A stretch of 64,000 nucleotides of DNA from a virus (Duplodnaviria > Caudoviricetes), in the IMG/VR virus record IMGVR_UViG_3300042473_000311, positions 1,055 through 65,054 of that record; one strand, written 5' to 3'. Shown here piece by piece: positions 20,549-30,708 of this stretch. Both the position numbers and the translations under genes were made by a program. The notes beneath the pieces were generated by a model that saw only the letters and a list, made by a program, of their open reading frames with translations, was not told the DNA's origin and did no database searches. Within the stretch, counting starts at the first letter, position 1, and each line of letters opens with the position of its first letter.

Positions 20549-21319
20549 TTACTTGTGGTACATTGAGGAAATATACTCCTCCATACTTGATTTAGCAGAA
20601 GTATCCATAGTCTTGATTCTCTTCTTAGCTTTGTTCCAAGATCCATGAGTTAAATCTTCTAAGTCTCCTTTAGCATCTACCCATAGAGGTCTATACATTC
20701 TAGGGTCTCTTGACTTCATAGCATCGTAGAACTTAGTCTTTACATAATCAACAACAGCACGTTCAAAAAATCTAGGAACAACAGGTTTATCTCCGATAGA
20801 AGAACCCATCATATTAAACTTCAATCTGATATAAGGAAATGCTTGACAATCTTTGCTTAGCATTAATAATCCTTCTTCGATGTTGTAATAATACTTTGGT
20901 CCGTAATATCCTTGTAAGTTTCTTGTATAAGTACGTTGATTAGGTTGGAATATATCAGCTCCATTACTTCCATCATCCTTTACTCTTGCTGTATATCCTT
21001 GACCATCATATCTGTTATCAAACAACCTCTTCCAATAAACTACTTGAGTCTTAACAGGATTACATAAGCTACCTTGATAAGCATATATCTCTCTTAGGTT
21101 AAATGTATTCTCTGGAATAGGAATTTGAAAGTTAGTAGGAATCTCATAATCAAAGATAGCTGTCAACCAAAATGTATCAATAGATAACTCCTGTAAAGCA
21201 TCTTGAATCCTTGAGATATACCATCCTTTAGGAAATCCTTTCTTATAGTCTGTATCATTTACAGTAGATGTAATCTCAGCTAGTAAGTGTTCTACATCAA
21301 CAAAATCGTTAGCATTCAT
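20549..21319 (-). CDS. Probable tail tubular/ring protein
   Basis: About 250 aa; one of three similar-sized genes between capsid and stabilisation genes; C-terminal P.VP..FE.AVVDY pattern. Confidence 0.55.
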   Translation of the reverse strand: MNANDFVDVEHLLAEITSTVNDTDYKKGFPKGWYISRIQDALQELSIDTFWLTAIFDYEIPTNFQIPIPENTFNLREIYAYQGSLCNPVKTQVVYWKRLFDNRYDGQGYTARVKDDGSNGADIFQPNQRTYTRNLQGYYGPKYYYNIEEGLLMLSKDCQAFPYIRLKFNMMGSSIGDKPVVPRFFERAVVDYVKTKFYDAMKSRDPRMYRPLWVDAKGDLEDLTHGSWNKAKKRIKTMDTSAKSSMEEYISSMYHK

Positions 21320-21329
21320 ATCTTATATT

Positions 21330-22064
21330 TTATTCTGACTGTTGTTGTTGTAATGGTGATGCTTGTGGAGGATTGATAGCTCTATTAGCATACATCTGAG
21401 AATTTAACTCTCCTTCATCCTCCCCTTCGTTAGTTACCTCTTTAGGCATCAACATAATGAATCTACCTAATTGAAGAACTTGCATAACCAAATCTTGAAT
21501 CATCTCATCTGGTAATGGAATCTCCTCATCTATATCACATAGTTTTTTAGGGTCTAAGCTTGATTTAACAGCTATCTCAACTGTCTTTACAGGAATACAT
21601 TCTACTCCTAGTAAATAAAGCCTATTAACGCCTGATCCATCCACCTTATGACCTACCCTATAGAAATATGGATTAGTTGCACTAGGCTTCGTGTATTCGT
21701 CTAAATAGAGGTGTTGTACACTTCCTAAGTTAACTCCTTGAAACCATACTTGAGCGAAAGCAGGACCTGCACAGTTACAAGTCTCTTCGTTATATGTTAT
21801 ATATACTACACCAGCATTATTAGGTAAATCCATAATTTGTACTGGTAAGTCTATGTATTTTCTTCCTTTGGCATCGACTAATACAGGTATGTCATCAAAT
21901 GTTGATGTAAACAAATCTGAATTAGTTGACATAGTTTGCTGTACTCTTAGCCTATTGGCCACAACCATTACCCAATAAAGGATTTGATTAAAAGTAAAAT
22001 CAGCATCATCAAATGTTGCATTGAAGTTCTTCTGTAAATCGTAAACTACATATCTATAAGTCAT
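21330..22064 (-). CDS. Probable tail tubular/ring protein
   Basis: C-terminal DEEIPLPDEMI..LV pattern; synteny. Confidence 0.55.
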   Translation of the reverse strand: MTYRYVVYDLQKNFNATFDDADFTFNQILYWVMVVANRLRVQQTMSTNSDLFTSTFDDIPVLVDAKGRKYIDLPVQIMDLPNNAGVVYITYNEETCNCAGPAFAQVWFQGVNLGSVQHLYLDEYTKPSATNPYFYRVGHKVDGSGVNRLYLLGVECIPVKTVEIAVKSSLDPKKLCDIDEEIPLPDEMIQDLVMQVLQLGRFIMLMPKEVTNEGEDEGELNSQMYANRAINPPQASPLQQQQSE

Positions 22065-22065
22065 C

Positions 22066-22824
22066 TTACAACACGTTTAATAATTGATTAATATCTTGAG
22101 CTGTAACTCCGTATAAGTTAGTCTGGTCTCCTTGTTTGTAAGCAATATAGTTCAATGCTTTGTCGAATAGTAATTGAAACACACTATGAGGGAAATTAAT
22201 CTGATCTGCTAGTGTTACAATTTGATCTGGCTTCTTAGCCCAGAATATAGTTACTTCTTTATTACTTACTGAAGGTCTAATCTCTAGCTCTTGAGTTCTG
22301 TAACCAGAAGTTGTTTGCTGATAATTGATTGGAGTCAAATAAGCGTATAACTTTAAGTCATCGCATATCTGGTCTCCTTGATAGCCTGCTTCAAATGGAT
22401 TACCATAGTTGGTAGCCCACTCTTCTAAGTTTAATCTCTTACAAGAAGTCTCAGCTGATATATGTAGCTTATTATTTAAGAAATAACTTCTCGTAGAATC
22501 TGGAGTAGCAGGAGCAGGAACGCCTGTTATATTCCTTGTAATTGGTTTAGGATATACAGCCAATATTGACCATACTTCAGAAGGAAATATCTCTAGAGAA
22601 ACCCTTGAGGTGTCACTTGTTAGAAACACCCCAGAGGTTGATAATTCTCTAAAAAATTCCTCGCCTATTTTGTCTTGACCATACGCAGAATTAACCACCG
22701 AAGTTAGCCACTTCACAGCTGCATTTATCGCAGGGATAATATCCATATCATCTCTATAATGATCTGAGTTCTCCGCATCTAATGCAAATCTTAACTGGTT
22801 TCTTAATTCTAACGCTGTAAACAT
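22066..22824 (-). CDS. Probable head-tail connector/ring protein
   Basis: AINAAV near the N-terminus, KKP...INFPHSVFQLL near the C-terminus; synteny. Confidence 0.55.
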   Translation of the reverse strand: MFTALELRNQLRFALDAENSDHYRDDMDIIPAINAAVKWLTSVVNSAYGQDKIGEEFFRELSTSGVFLTSDTSRVSLEIFPSEVWSILAVYPKPITRNITGVPAPATPDSTRSYFLNNKLHISAETSCKRLNLEEWATNYGNPFEAGYQGDQICDDLKLYAYLTPINYQQTTSGYRTQELEIRPSVSNKEVTIFWAKKPDQIVTLADQINFPHSVFQLLFDKALNYIAYKQGDQTNLYGVTAQDINQLLNVL

Positions 22825-22825
22825 T

Positions 22826-23659
22826 TTAAGCTATAGTTTTTTCAATTATACTTCTTCCTGTACCCTTATCTACAATAGATCTCTGAATACTTCCGTACAA
22901 CATCCTTTCGTGCTGTTCAATAGAACGCTTAGCCATCTTCTCAACAAGTTGTCTCCTCATATCTTCAGGACTCTGAGATACAGGGATTCCTTCTTGCTGC
23001 GCTCTTGATATAACTTGTATATCAGATAGACGAGAAATAGAAGTTTGTGCCTCTACCATCTTCTGCGCCCATGTAGCATCTACATTCATTGCTGATTCAA
23101 CATTCTCGAAGAAAAGTATTCCATACTGAGTGTGAGTACGTAGATAATCTACTACCTCCTTAGAATGAACTACTACAGAAGAAACTGATATTACTTGTGT
23201 CTCTTTACCTCTCTTTCTCTTTGTTCTAATCACAGGCTTGAATCTAATAGACCCTTGCGGTGGTACAGTCTCAATTCCTCTTCTCATGTCTCCATGGATA
23301 GAAAATTGATAAGAAAAAGCAAAGAATACTACAGGGTTCTCTAACCAATCATCTTGTAATGACTGTACGTAATCTAAGTCAGCATCTAACTCTTCTTTAT
23401 CTTTATTCAATTTTAACTTAGAAATCTGAGAATTGAACATACTCATCATACGTTCCTCAGCATCTTTCATCATCTTTTGAACAGCAGATAAAGAAAAACT
23501 AGGTTCTTCTTTCTTAGTCTCTTCTTTTACTTCGTTGTTATCCTCAAACAACTCTACTTCAAATTCTACTGGAGCATCGTTTTGCTCCTCTTTGGATGTT
23601 GCCTGGAATATTGATTCTTCAAATTTAGGCGACACCTCTTCTTTCTTTTTAATCGGCAT
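22826..23659 (-). CDS. Hypothetical protein downstream of the capsid gene
   Basis: 277-aa ORF closely coupled to the ring genes. Confidence 0.6.
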   Translation of the reverse strand: MPIKKKEEVSPKFEESIFQATSKEEQNDAPVEFEVELFEDNNEVKEETKKEEPSFSLSAVQKMMKDAEERMMSMFNSQISKLKLNKDKEELDADLDYVQSLQDDWLENPVVFFAFSYQFSIHGDMRRGIETVPPQGSIRFKPVIRTKRKRGKETQVISVSSVVVHSKEVVDYLRTHTQYGILFFENVESAMNVDATWAQKMVEAQTSISRLSDIQVISRAQQEGIPVSQSPEDMRRQLVEKMAKRSIEQHERMLYGSIQRSIVDKGTGRSIIEKTIA

Positions 23660-23679
23660 AATAATAATTTTAAAATAAG

Positions 23680-23706
23680 AAAAAAAAGGGGGAGACTAAC
23701 TCCCCC
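23680..23706 (-). terminator. Rho-independent terminator after the major capsid gene
   Basis: GGGGGAG-5 nt-CTCCCCC stem followed by an 8-T tract on the minus strand. Confidence 0.9.
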
Positions 23707-23716
23707 TAATTATTTA

Positions 23717-24955
23717 TTAAAGTGTTACATCAAGGTAAGCACATGCAAGAGGGTTGTTAAATTTAACACCCATGTTACAATCTACCCACACATCTCCGTA
23801 ACGCTTAGGAACTCCATCCTCTAACTTCAATGTATCTCCAGAACGCTCGCCCCAAAGTTGTACTCTCTTAATATTTTTCATATCAAGGATAGTAATTTTG
23901 TTAGCAAAAGAAGCAGGATAAGAAGCAGCATCTTCAAATCTCTTGTAAGGTACAAGAACGATACGAGAAGAACCAAGGTTAACCTCTTTCAAGTTCAACA
24001 ATGAAATCTCATCATTTGGTGCATAACGAGTTAACTCATCTTTGTAAGCAAGAGATAACATACGGTGCATACGTGGAGTCATGAACGCCATACGAGCTTG
24101 TCCGTAATCACCAAATTCAGAAGAAAGTACCATATCTTCAAAAGCATCTACCAAAGTAGAAGCAGTAGCAACAGCATTTGGAGAACCAGCCTCAACCATA
24201 GAAGTGTAAACACCACCAGTTGTTTTAGCAGGAGTACCGTTAGCAGTTACAACCTCACCTTTTTGACCTGTCCAAAGTGCATTAGAGATGTCAATTCTGT
24301 GTTGGTTAAACATTGCATTTCTTTCCATCTCTAGGAAGTTAGCAGTAGTACCCATGTTTTTCAACTTGTGTAATTCAACTTCAGAGTAACGGATAGCTTT
24401 GTTAAACAACTGAACGTAGTTTACTCGCTCAATTGTAGAAGCACGAAAATACTGAGCAAATCCCTCAGAACCGTCATGGTCAACAGTAGATACGTTAGCC
24501 AATACATCACCAATAGCTACAGCTGGTAAAGTATCACCATTGTAAGGAGAAACTGTAATAGTCAATAAAGATGTATCTACAGCTACAACACTACCTTTTT
24601 GTCCGTTAGGATAAGAGATGATTGTGTTAGTAGAGATATTATCTACAGATGCAACATTGATAGTTTGCGTAGTAGGATAAGATACTGTAGCAGATACAGC
24701 AGTTACTTGAAGTGGCTCACGTTGGTAGCCCATTTCTTGGAAGAAAAATTCATCAGAGTTCACAGTCTCAGCTGGAACCATGTTCATCAATTTCAAATCC
24801 ATGAACTGTTGTGGAGCTGCATCAAAGATAGCTCTGTTTGTTAATTTCTGAACCAACAATGAAATGTCGTGTCCATACAAGTTAGCATACTCAGATCCAA
24901 CGGAGTTGTAATTCTGATTAGCGAACTTTGCGCTTGTTTCGTTGTACAAAGACAT
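23717..24955 (-). CDS. Major capsid protein (HK97 fold, SU10/DUF5309-like)
   Basis: 412 aa after portal and scaffold; NYVQLFNK, DISNALWTG, KTTGGV; strong terminator downstream. Confidence 0.85.
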   Translation of the reverse strand: MSLYNETSAKFANQNYNSVGSEYANLYGHDISLLVQKLTNRAIFDAAPQQFMDLKLMNMVPAETVNSDEFFFQEMGYQREPLQVTAVSATVSYPTTQTINVASVDNISTNTIISYPNGQKGSVVAVDTSLLTITVSPYNGDTLPAVAIGDVLANVSTVDHDGSEGFAQYFRASTIERVNYVQLFNKAIRYSEVELHKLKNMGTTANFLEMERNAMFNQHRIDISNALWTGQKGEVVTANGTPAKTTGGVYTSMVEAGSPNAVATASTLVDAFEDMVLSSEFGDYGQARMAFMTPRMHRMLSLAYKDELTRYAPNDEISLLNLKEVNLGSSRIVLVPYKRFEDAASYPASFANKITILDMKNIKRVQLWGERSGDTLKLEDGVPKRYGDVWVDCNMGVKFNNPLACAYLDVTL

Positions 24956-24983
24956 AATTAAAATATTAAAAAGTTACACATTA

Positions 24984-26135
24984 TTAAGCGTAAGGGTCAT
25001 TTCTGAACATTGATGATAAATGCTGAACTTCTTTCATGTTGAAGCCTTGTGTTTCTCCCGAAACTTTTTGCTTCCGAATCTGTTTAGCACTTGTGTCAAC
25101 TATTCGTTGATTAGCCTTACTTTCTCCCCTTCTCTCAGCACCCTTCTTAATAGACTCCAGCATCTTCTTTCCGTACATAGCGTATGCAACTAATTCTGCT
25201 GCATCATCGTTGTACGAACCATCTGCCTTTGTAAACAAATTATCAATCTTCCCCTCAACCAAGATATTCCTAATTCTTGCGACTTCGGTCTTACTGAAGT
25301 TGGGGTAAGCCTTACTTAGATTTTCTACGGAAACCAAAGCACTCTTTTTCATCGCCTGGAACTCTTCCTTTTGACGCTGAGTGAATTGATCACGCTCATT
25401 ATCTAACGCTTCTTTGTCCGAATTGAACATTCGTTTCGTTGAGCCTGCTAACAACTTTATGCGATCATCAAAATCATCCTCGTCAATCTTGCCATTTTCA
25501 AGTCTTTCGAGTAATTCATCATACTGTTCGCTCAAGTAGTGCTGAACAAGGTTCTCAGGGTCTTGGCGAGTAAAATCGCTTGAGAAGTCCAGTCTTTGAG
25601 ACTGATTAAACGCTGCTGTATAATCCTGGCCATTAGCCCACATCGTTACAGCTTGTCTAATCTCTACAGGCATTGCTTGTAGGTCAGATGTCAATAGGTC
25701 AAGTTCTCTCTTCAACTCTGATGATTCTTGAGCTTGGTTTCTCCAAGTATCAGCAGAAGAAAAGAATTTAGCTACATCCTTCACACCATACTTAGACTCA
25801 ATGAATTTCTGCATATCCTTAGTAGGTTCAAAAGTTAATTGTACTTCCTTCTCTACTTTAGTCTGCTTAGTGACTCCAAAGATGTCATCATCCTCATCTT
25901 CACTATCATCATCTTCATCCTCGTAATCCTCATCCTCATCCTCGTCTGTCTCGCTTGACTGACTGTTTGTACCTTTGGTAGCAGCCATCAAGTCTTTGTA
26001 CTCTTGCGAGTTTGCAAAAGCAGCATCCATGCTTGCTAATGCTTCGATTTGCCGAATCTGATCCTCCATCTCAGGGGTGATTTCACCCCCTGTGGATTGG
26101 CCTTCATCAACAAATCCTTCCGAATTGTCAATCAT
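24984..26135 (-). CDS. Probable capsid scaffolding protein
   Basis: Acidic, helical, poly-D/E tract; sits between portal and capsid. Confidence 0.65.
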   Translation of the reverse strand: MIDNSEGFVDEGQSTGGEITPEMEDQIRQIEALASMDAAFANSQEYKDLMAATKGTNSQSSETDEDEDEDYEDEDDDSEDEDDDIFGVTKQTKVEKEVQLTFEPTKDMQKFIESKYGVKDVAKFFSSADTWRNQAQESSELKRELDLLTSDLQAMPVEIRQAVTMWANGQDYTAAFNQSQRLDFSSDFTRQDPENLVQHYLSEQYDELLERLENGKIDEDDFDDRIKLLAGSTKRMFNSDKEALDNERDQFTQRQKEEFQAMKKSALVSVENLSKAYPNFSKTEVARIRNILVEGKIDNLFTKADGSYNDDAAELVAYAMYGKKMLESIKKGAERRGESKANQRIVDTSAKQIRKQKVSGETQGFNMKEVQHLSSMFRNDPYA

Positions 26136-26177
26136 ACGTATTTATTTTTTGTCAAATTTAACATATTTTTTCATATA

Positions 26178-28421
26178 CTACTCTTGAGGTGCAACATTTT
26201 GTTGATTTTGCATTGCCTCAAAGTTTAGCTTAGCTTCTTCTCTGCCTGTCTTAGCTCCTTCCTTCATAGCTATCTTCTCCATTTCTTGCTGGTGCATCAT
26301 CTGTTGCTGAGCTACTTGCTGCTCTTGAGCCGCTTGTTGCTGTTGCATCATCTGGTCTTGCATATTAGCAGATTGCTGTAATCCTTGTTCAACACCTTTT
26401 TGTTGAGCATCAGTAGCCATACTCTGAGCTTGTATCTTCAATCTGCTATAGTTTCTTAATTCTCTAGCAATTAAATCTGGACTTGCTCTGTTAAACAAGT
26501 TAGAGAATATAGTCTGGTCTATAAGGCCAGCTTGTAGTAAAGTAAATAGTAATTGATTTCCTGCGTTAACACCAGCCTCAGCAGATTCAGAACGCTTAAT
26601 GAATATTCTATAATCTTGTAGTAAGTGGTCCTCAGTAATCTTAATATTCTGTAATCCCTTATCTCCTACCATCATAGCAAGTTTTCTAGGATTGTCATGA
26701 TATACAGCTTTACCTACAGTAGCCATGTGTTCGTATGCTTGTTTTAAGATAGATGTCAAGGCCCAATAGAAAGGCTCTTGTACTAGAGAACCTCTTTGTA
26801 TCTGAGCTTCTACTACACCTACTAACATATCTCCACCACCTTGAGTACCTGTCATAGCCTCGTTAACTCCTGTTACATCTTGAATAGACTGTTGAATAAC
26901 ACTGACAGCCTGGAACATCTGTAAAGTACCTTGACCTATGTTTGTACCGTAAGTACCAATAGCGTTCTGTACTGAACCTACTCTATCTGTATCTACGAAG
27001 ATTGGTTTAGATGCGTTGATGTTTCTTACTACATCAGCTTCACCATCTCTGTCATCTACAGCAGATTTAGATATAACAGTACCAGTACCCCTCATGTTCG
27101 ACATCTGAGACTCTACTACTGATAATGTTCTGTTCAAGAATCTCTGAGGGTCTATAACATCATCAAGAGGCGTAAGTACCTCTCCACGATCATATACCCA
27201 CGTATAACATTTGTACGGAAATTTAACATTCGATGGATCATATAAATTCTTCTCTTGATAAGGTAGTATTCCATGCTCTAATAAAATATCTCCTTCTGCG
27301 CTACCTAACTCTTCAGCAGGAATCATTATAGAATAACGTAAAACATCTACATAGATAGAATGTTTCTTCTTCTTACCTAACTCTTCTTTGTGAGCTTCTG
27401 TCTGTGGCTCAATCAAATCTTTATCTGTATAGTTAGAATTTGGGTCGTTAATCATTGTATAGTATGGATAACCAAAATCATCTTTAACCCATCCGTATTC
27501 TTTCTTCTCTACATCTTTCCAATATACTTCGTACACAGGAATCTTTCCACCTGGCTGCATATAGATACCATTAACAATCTTATGCATGATGTTAGAACGA
27601 TTGTTCTTACCGTACTCCTCAATAAGTAATCTTTCTTCTTGAGTTAGGTGTTCGTATCTTTCGTAAATACTTGGAGCATCCATGTAGTACCATTCTCCCA
27701 TGTGTTCACAGTCTGATAAGTCTGGCTTAACAGCTGACATATCCCACAAGAAGAATAATGGATTTACAGATTTAGCATTGTAGTTATCATTAGCTTCAAA
27801 TCCTTTATAGATACCTAAACCACAAATAGCAAGGTTACGAGTAATCTGTACTTTTAACTCATCAATATTAATCTCCGTAGCGATGTATTCGATAAGGTTG
27901 TTGATGTCTTGTTCATATTCCTCTACGAAAGTATTGTAGAACAGCTCTTCTGTCGTTACAGGGTCATCTGCTACAGGCGCATTCTCCTGGATAATATCTT
28001 TAAAGAAAGGAAAATCATCTGCTATCTTTTGTAGCACACGTAATTTCTTAATCTCTTCTTCTCTTTTGTTTATCACGAAATCTGATATACATGTAGCTTT
28101 AGCATCAAAAGCCAAACGAATAGCATTACCAATGTATTGTTGTACCATTGGTTTAATTACGTTCTTAGTCCACTTCAATCTGTTTCTGATGTCTCCAGAC
28201 TCATCTAAGAAGAAAGCTTCTACATCCTCATCAAATATCCATTGACCATCTTGGCCTCTAAAGAACGACCAGTTAACAATACATTTGTTTATGAATTGTC
28301 TATAAAGGAAATTACTCATTGAAGATAATACATACTTAGCATAATCTCTGTGATATGTTTTATCTTTTATTCTAGTAAGTTTATTTGGTCTTACTCTATT
28401 TTGGCTGAACATGTAACTCAT
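26178..28421 (-). CDS. Portal protein (P22-like)
   Basis: 747 aa; KNVIKPMV, VIDPQRFLN, IQDVTGVNEAMTG; Q-rich C-terminal barrel. Confidence 0.88.
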   Translation of the reverse strand: MSYMFSQNRVRPNKLTRIKDKTYHRDYAKYVLSSMSNFLYRQFINKCIVNWSFFRGQDGQWIFDEDVEAFFLDESGDIRNRLKWTKNVIKPMVQQYIGNAIRLAFDAKATCISDFVINKREEEIKKLRVLQKIADDFPFFKDIIQENAPVADDPVTTEELFYNTFVEEYEQDINNLIEYIATEINIDELKVQITRNLAICGLGIYKGFEANDNYNAKSVNPLFFLWDMSAVKPDLSDCEHMGEWYYMDAPSIYERYEHLTQEERLLIEEYGKNNRSNIMHKIVNGIYMQPGGKIPVYEVYWKDVEKKEYGWVKDDFGYPYYTMINDPNSNYTDKDLIEPQTEAHKEELGKKKKHSIYVDVLRYSIMIPAEELGSAEGDILLEHGILPYQEKNLYDPSNVKFPYKCYTWVYDRGEVLTPLDDVIDPQRFLNRTLSVVESQMSNMRGTGTVISKSAVDDRDGEADVVRNINASKPIFVDTDRVGSVQNAIGTYGTNIGQGTLQMFQAVSVIQQSIQDVTGVNEAMTGTQGGGDMLVGVVEAQIQRGSLVQEPFYWALTSILKQAYEHMATVGKAVYHDNPRKLAMMVGDKGLQNIKITEDHLLQDYRIFIKRSESAEAGVNAGNQLLFTLLQAGLIDQTIFSNLFNRASPDLIARELRNYSRLKIQAQSMATDAQQKGVEQGLQQSANMQDQMMQQQQAAQEQQVAQQQMMHQQEMEKIAMKEGAKTGREEAKLNFEAMQNQQNVAPQE

Positions 28422-28984
28422 CGTAGTACATCATTTATTTTAACAAGGATCTCTTTCTTAGTCTTTCTATCTTTCACTTTAACTCCATAAGAAGTCTCTA
28501 ATCGTTTAACCATATCTGGTAGTTCTTCATGTATCTTAACTAGTAAGTCAGTATATTTCTTCTTCTCATCCACTTCCATTGTAGCTAATTCATTAGAACC
28601 TACTACAACCATTTCATTAAGCGTTTCAAACATATACTCACTTAACAACTTTGCTCTAAGTCTATACTCTGGATTAAACTCCTCCATCTTCTTGATAGCT
28701 TCTTTAATCTCTACAGGTATATCTCCATCTACTAAAGCCTTTAATTGTTTCTGTTGGATATAACTCTTTCCATAAACAATCTCTAATGCTCTATTCAATC
28801 TCTCTCTCTTGTCGCTCAACTTGTATAAAGGACTTGTTCTGTTTCCTAATAACCAGCAGAGTCTTACTTCTTTTGCTTTAAGGTTTTTAAACTCATCTAT
28901 CTGAGCTAGCTCTGGATATTCTATTCTTAAATCATCTCCAGACTCTAAACCAAAAAGTATAATTTCAGCTTCTTTTTGTGCCAT
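28418..28984 (-). CDS. Hypothetical protein, possibly terminase small subunit
   Basis: 188-aa helical protein overlapping the portal start (ATGA); function inferred from position only. Confidence 0.4.
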   Translation of the reverse strand: MAQKEAEIILFGLESGDDLRIEYPELAQIDEFKNLKAKEVRLCWLLGNRTSPLYKLSDKRERLNRALEIVYGKSYIQQKQLKALVDGDIPVEIKEAIKKMEEFNPEYRLRAKLLSEYMFETLNEMVVVGSNELATMEVDEKKKYTDLLVKIHEELPDMVKRLETSYGVKVKDRKTKKEILVKINDVLR

Positions 28985-28993
28985 ACATTTAAT

Positions 28994-29023
28994 AAAAAAG
29001 GGTAGAGAAATTAATCCCTACCC
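28994..29023 (-). terminator. Rho-independent terminator
   Basis: Minus strand GGGTAGGGA-ttaatt-TCTCTACCC followed by a T tract. Confidence 0.8.
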
Positions 29024-29045
29024 CACAAAGATAATAATTTTTCAA

Positions 29046-29861
29046 TTATACAGCTGGACAACCTAAATAATCCGCTACAGGAGTGTAAGAACCATCCAAT
29101 ACAGATGTTAACTTAGTAACTGTTGCAGCAGTACCACCACCAGCAGTATTTAAGTAAACAAGAGATGTAGCATTTCTGATTACGCCTAATCCAGATACAG
29201 CGTTGTGACGAATCACTTGTCTGTGTAGGATGATGTATCGGTTATAAGTACCACTAACCAAAGTTGAGTTAGGAACATAACGTAAAATTTCAGTAGTAGT
29301 TCCAACTGGAGCAACCCATGCAGTAGCTTGAGTAATAACAGAAGCAGTAGGAGCTTCAACAAACAACTGACCAGTTAAAGCAGAAACAGATGTGATACGA
29401 ACTTTAGTACCTACAGCAGAAGCTGTGAAGTATGCAGATGGATCAGAATTGATTCTAGCGATAAAAGAATTTTGCAATTCAGCTACAGTAGGGTTAGTGT
29501 CAATAGAAACTGTATAAGTTCTTGGAACATAAACAGCTTTAGTTTCTTGACCACCTCCGAAGAAGTTTTGAACGTAAGGAGCAGATACAGTCAAAGCAAA
29601 AATAGTTTGCCCAACAAGACCTGGAGTTAATATTACAGATGCTAAATCAACATCTACTACGTTAGCTGTTCCAGCTGTGTAAGCATTGTAACGGAAGCCT
29701 AACAAATCAGATGCTTTAACAACAATTGCAGCAGCACCTGTTGCATCTTTGATTGTTAATGAACCATTGTCTAGCACAACGTCTGTTGCAGCTGTTGGTG
29801 TGTTCAAGATAGATAGTCCATCCAACTCTTGAACTCTTGGTAATTTGTAATTTACTGACAT
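29046..29861 (-). CDS. Probable abundant virion protein (capsid auxiliary/decoration)
   Basis: A/T/V-rich beta protein with its own promoter (29937-29944) and terminator. Confidence 0.5.
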   Translation of the reverse strand: MSVNYKLPRVQELDGLSILNTPTAATDVVLDNGSLTIKDATGAAAIVVKASDLLGFRYNAYTAGTANVVDVDLASVILTPGLVGQTIFALTVSAPYVQNFFGGGQETKAVYVPRTYTVSIDTNPTVAELQNSFIARINSDPSAYFTASAVGTKVRITSVSALTGQLFVEAPTASVITQATAWVAPVGTTTEILRYVPNSTLVSGTYNRYIILHRQVIRHNAVSGLGVIRNATSLVYLNTAGGGTAATVTKLTSVLDGSYTPVADYLGCPAV

Positions 29862-29944
29862 TTTAAAAAAAATTTAGTCACTGATATTTCTATCTGTGTA
29901 GTTAATAATAAAACTTAACACTGTGTTAAATCCTGACAAAGATA

Positions 29945-30240
29945 TAAAAAATTTTTAAAGTTGATTTTTTGGAAACAAAGATTAAGATTAAATTATAATT
30001 TATTATGATTTAATTTTATTTTTTGTTTATTTTTTTTTCTCTTTTTTTTCTTTTTAGATTATGTATAGAGTATATATATATAATATATATACGAATATAT
30101 ATAATCGTTTTTCTTTTTTGATTAATTCTTTTTTTGGTTCTTTTTTTCTTATTAAACTTTTTTCTTTGTTTTTCTTTTTTTTCTCTTTTAAGTTTTAAAT
30201 CTAAAAAAGTGTTAAAATATTTTTTGGTTAGAAATTGTTT
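29945..30240. other. Extremely AT-rich, T-skewed non-coding tract with a TATATA run
   Basis: Poly-T runs on the plus strand, (TA)n at about 30071-30101, between divergent promoters. Confidence 0.8.
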
Positions 30241-30306
30241 TATAACTTTGCTTCATTCAAATACGGTTTGACTGTTTCCGTAAATTGAGTTTTTCATTAT
30301 TTTTGG

Positions 30307-30340
30307 AAGAGAGAGTGAAGGTTAGTAGCTCTCTTTTTTT
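30307..30340 (+). terminator. Terminator-like hairpin upstream of the RNA cluster
   Basis: AGAGAG...CTCTCT stem with a large loop, then a T tract. Confidence 0.5.
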
Positions 30341-30504
30341 GACTAGAGTTCTTTGATTTTAAATATTGTTCCCGAAGTACAAGGGATCGTAGCTCAGCGA
30401 ACGGTTATAACGTGTAGGGTTTCTTGCAGGCCGCACCAGTCGCTCCTGGATCGTATGTCAGGTGAAGTTGGCAACTCTTACAGGTCAAGAGAAAAGTTGC
30501 ATAT

Positions 30505-30567
30505 AGTAAGGTGGCGGAAGGGTAAACGCACTACAATCAGCAGCAGGTTCGAGTCCTGTCCTTACTA
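30505..30567 (+). ncRNA. tRNA-like RNA lacking a normal anticodon arm
   Basis: 7-bp acceptor AGTAAGG/CCTTACT, D arm GCG-GAAGGGTAAA-CGC, T arm GCAGG-TTCGAGT-CCTGT, only 13 nt between the D and T arms. Confidence 0.7.
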
Positions 30568-30635
30568 CTAAAAACGCTGATGGAAACATTAAAGAGTGTA
30601 ATGCTAGCAGCTCAGCAGGTTAAGCGTGTCCTGAT

Positions 30636-30708
30636 GGCCAAGTAGCTTAGTGGTAAAGCCCGACCTTTTAAGTCGGAGAACACAGAGTTCGATTCTCTGT
30701 CTTGGAGC
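30636..30708 (+). tRNA. Non-canonical tRNA-Lys(UUU)
   Basis: D arm GCTT-AGTGGTA-AAGC, anticodon arm CCGAC-CTTTTAA-GTCGG, T loop TTCGATT; acceptor only 5 bp, T stem 6 bp. Confidence 0.75.

Noticed and set aside
30353-30571. 72-aa plus-strand ORF from the track
   Set aside because: TTG start and overlap with the tRNA-like structure; better explained as non-coding RNA
30575-30640. Hammerhead ribozyme (CTGATG...GAAAC)
   Set aside because: The core reads CTGATGG with no stem II between it and GAAA; it fits a simple GNRA hairpin
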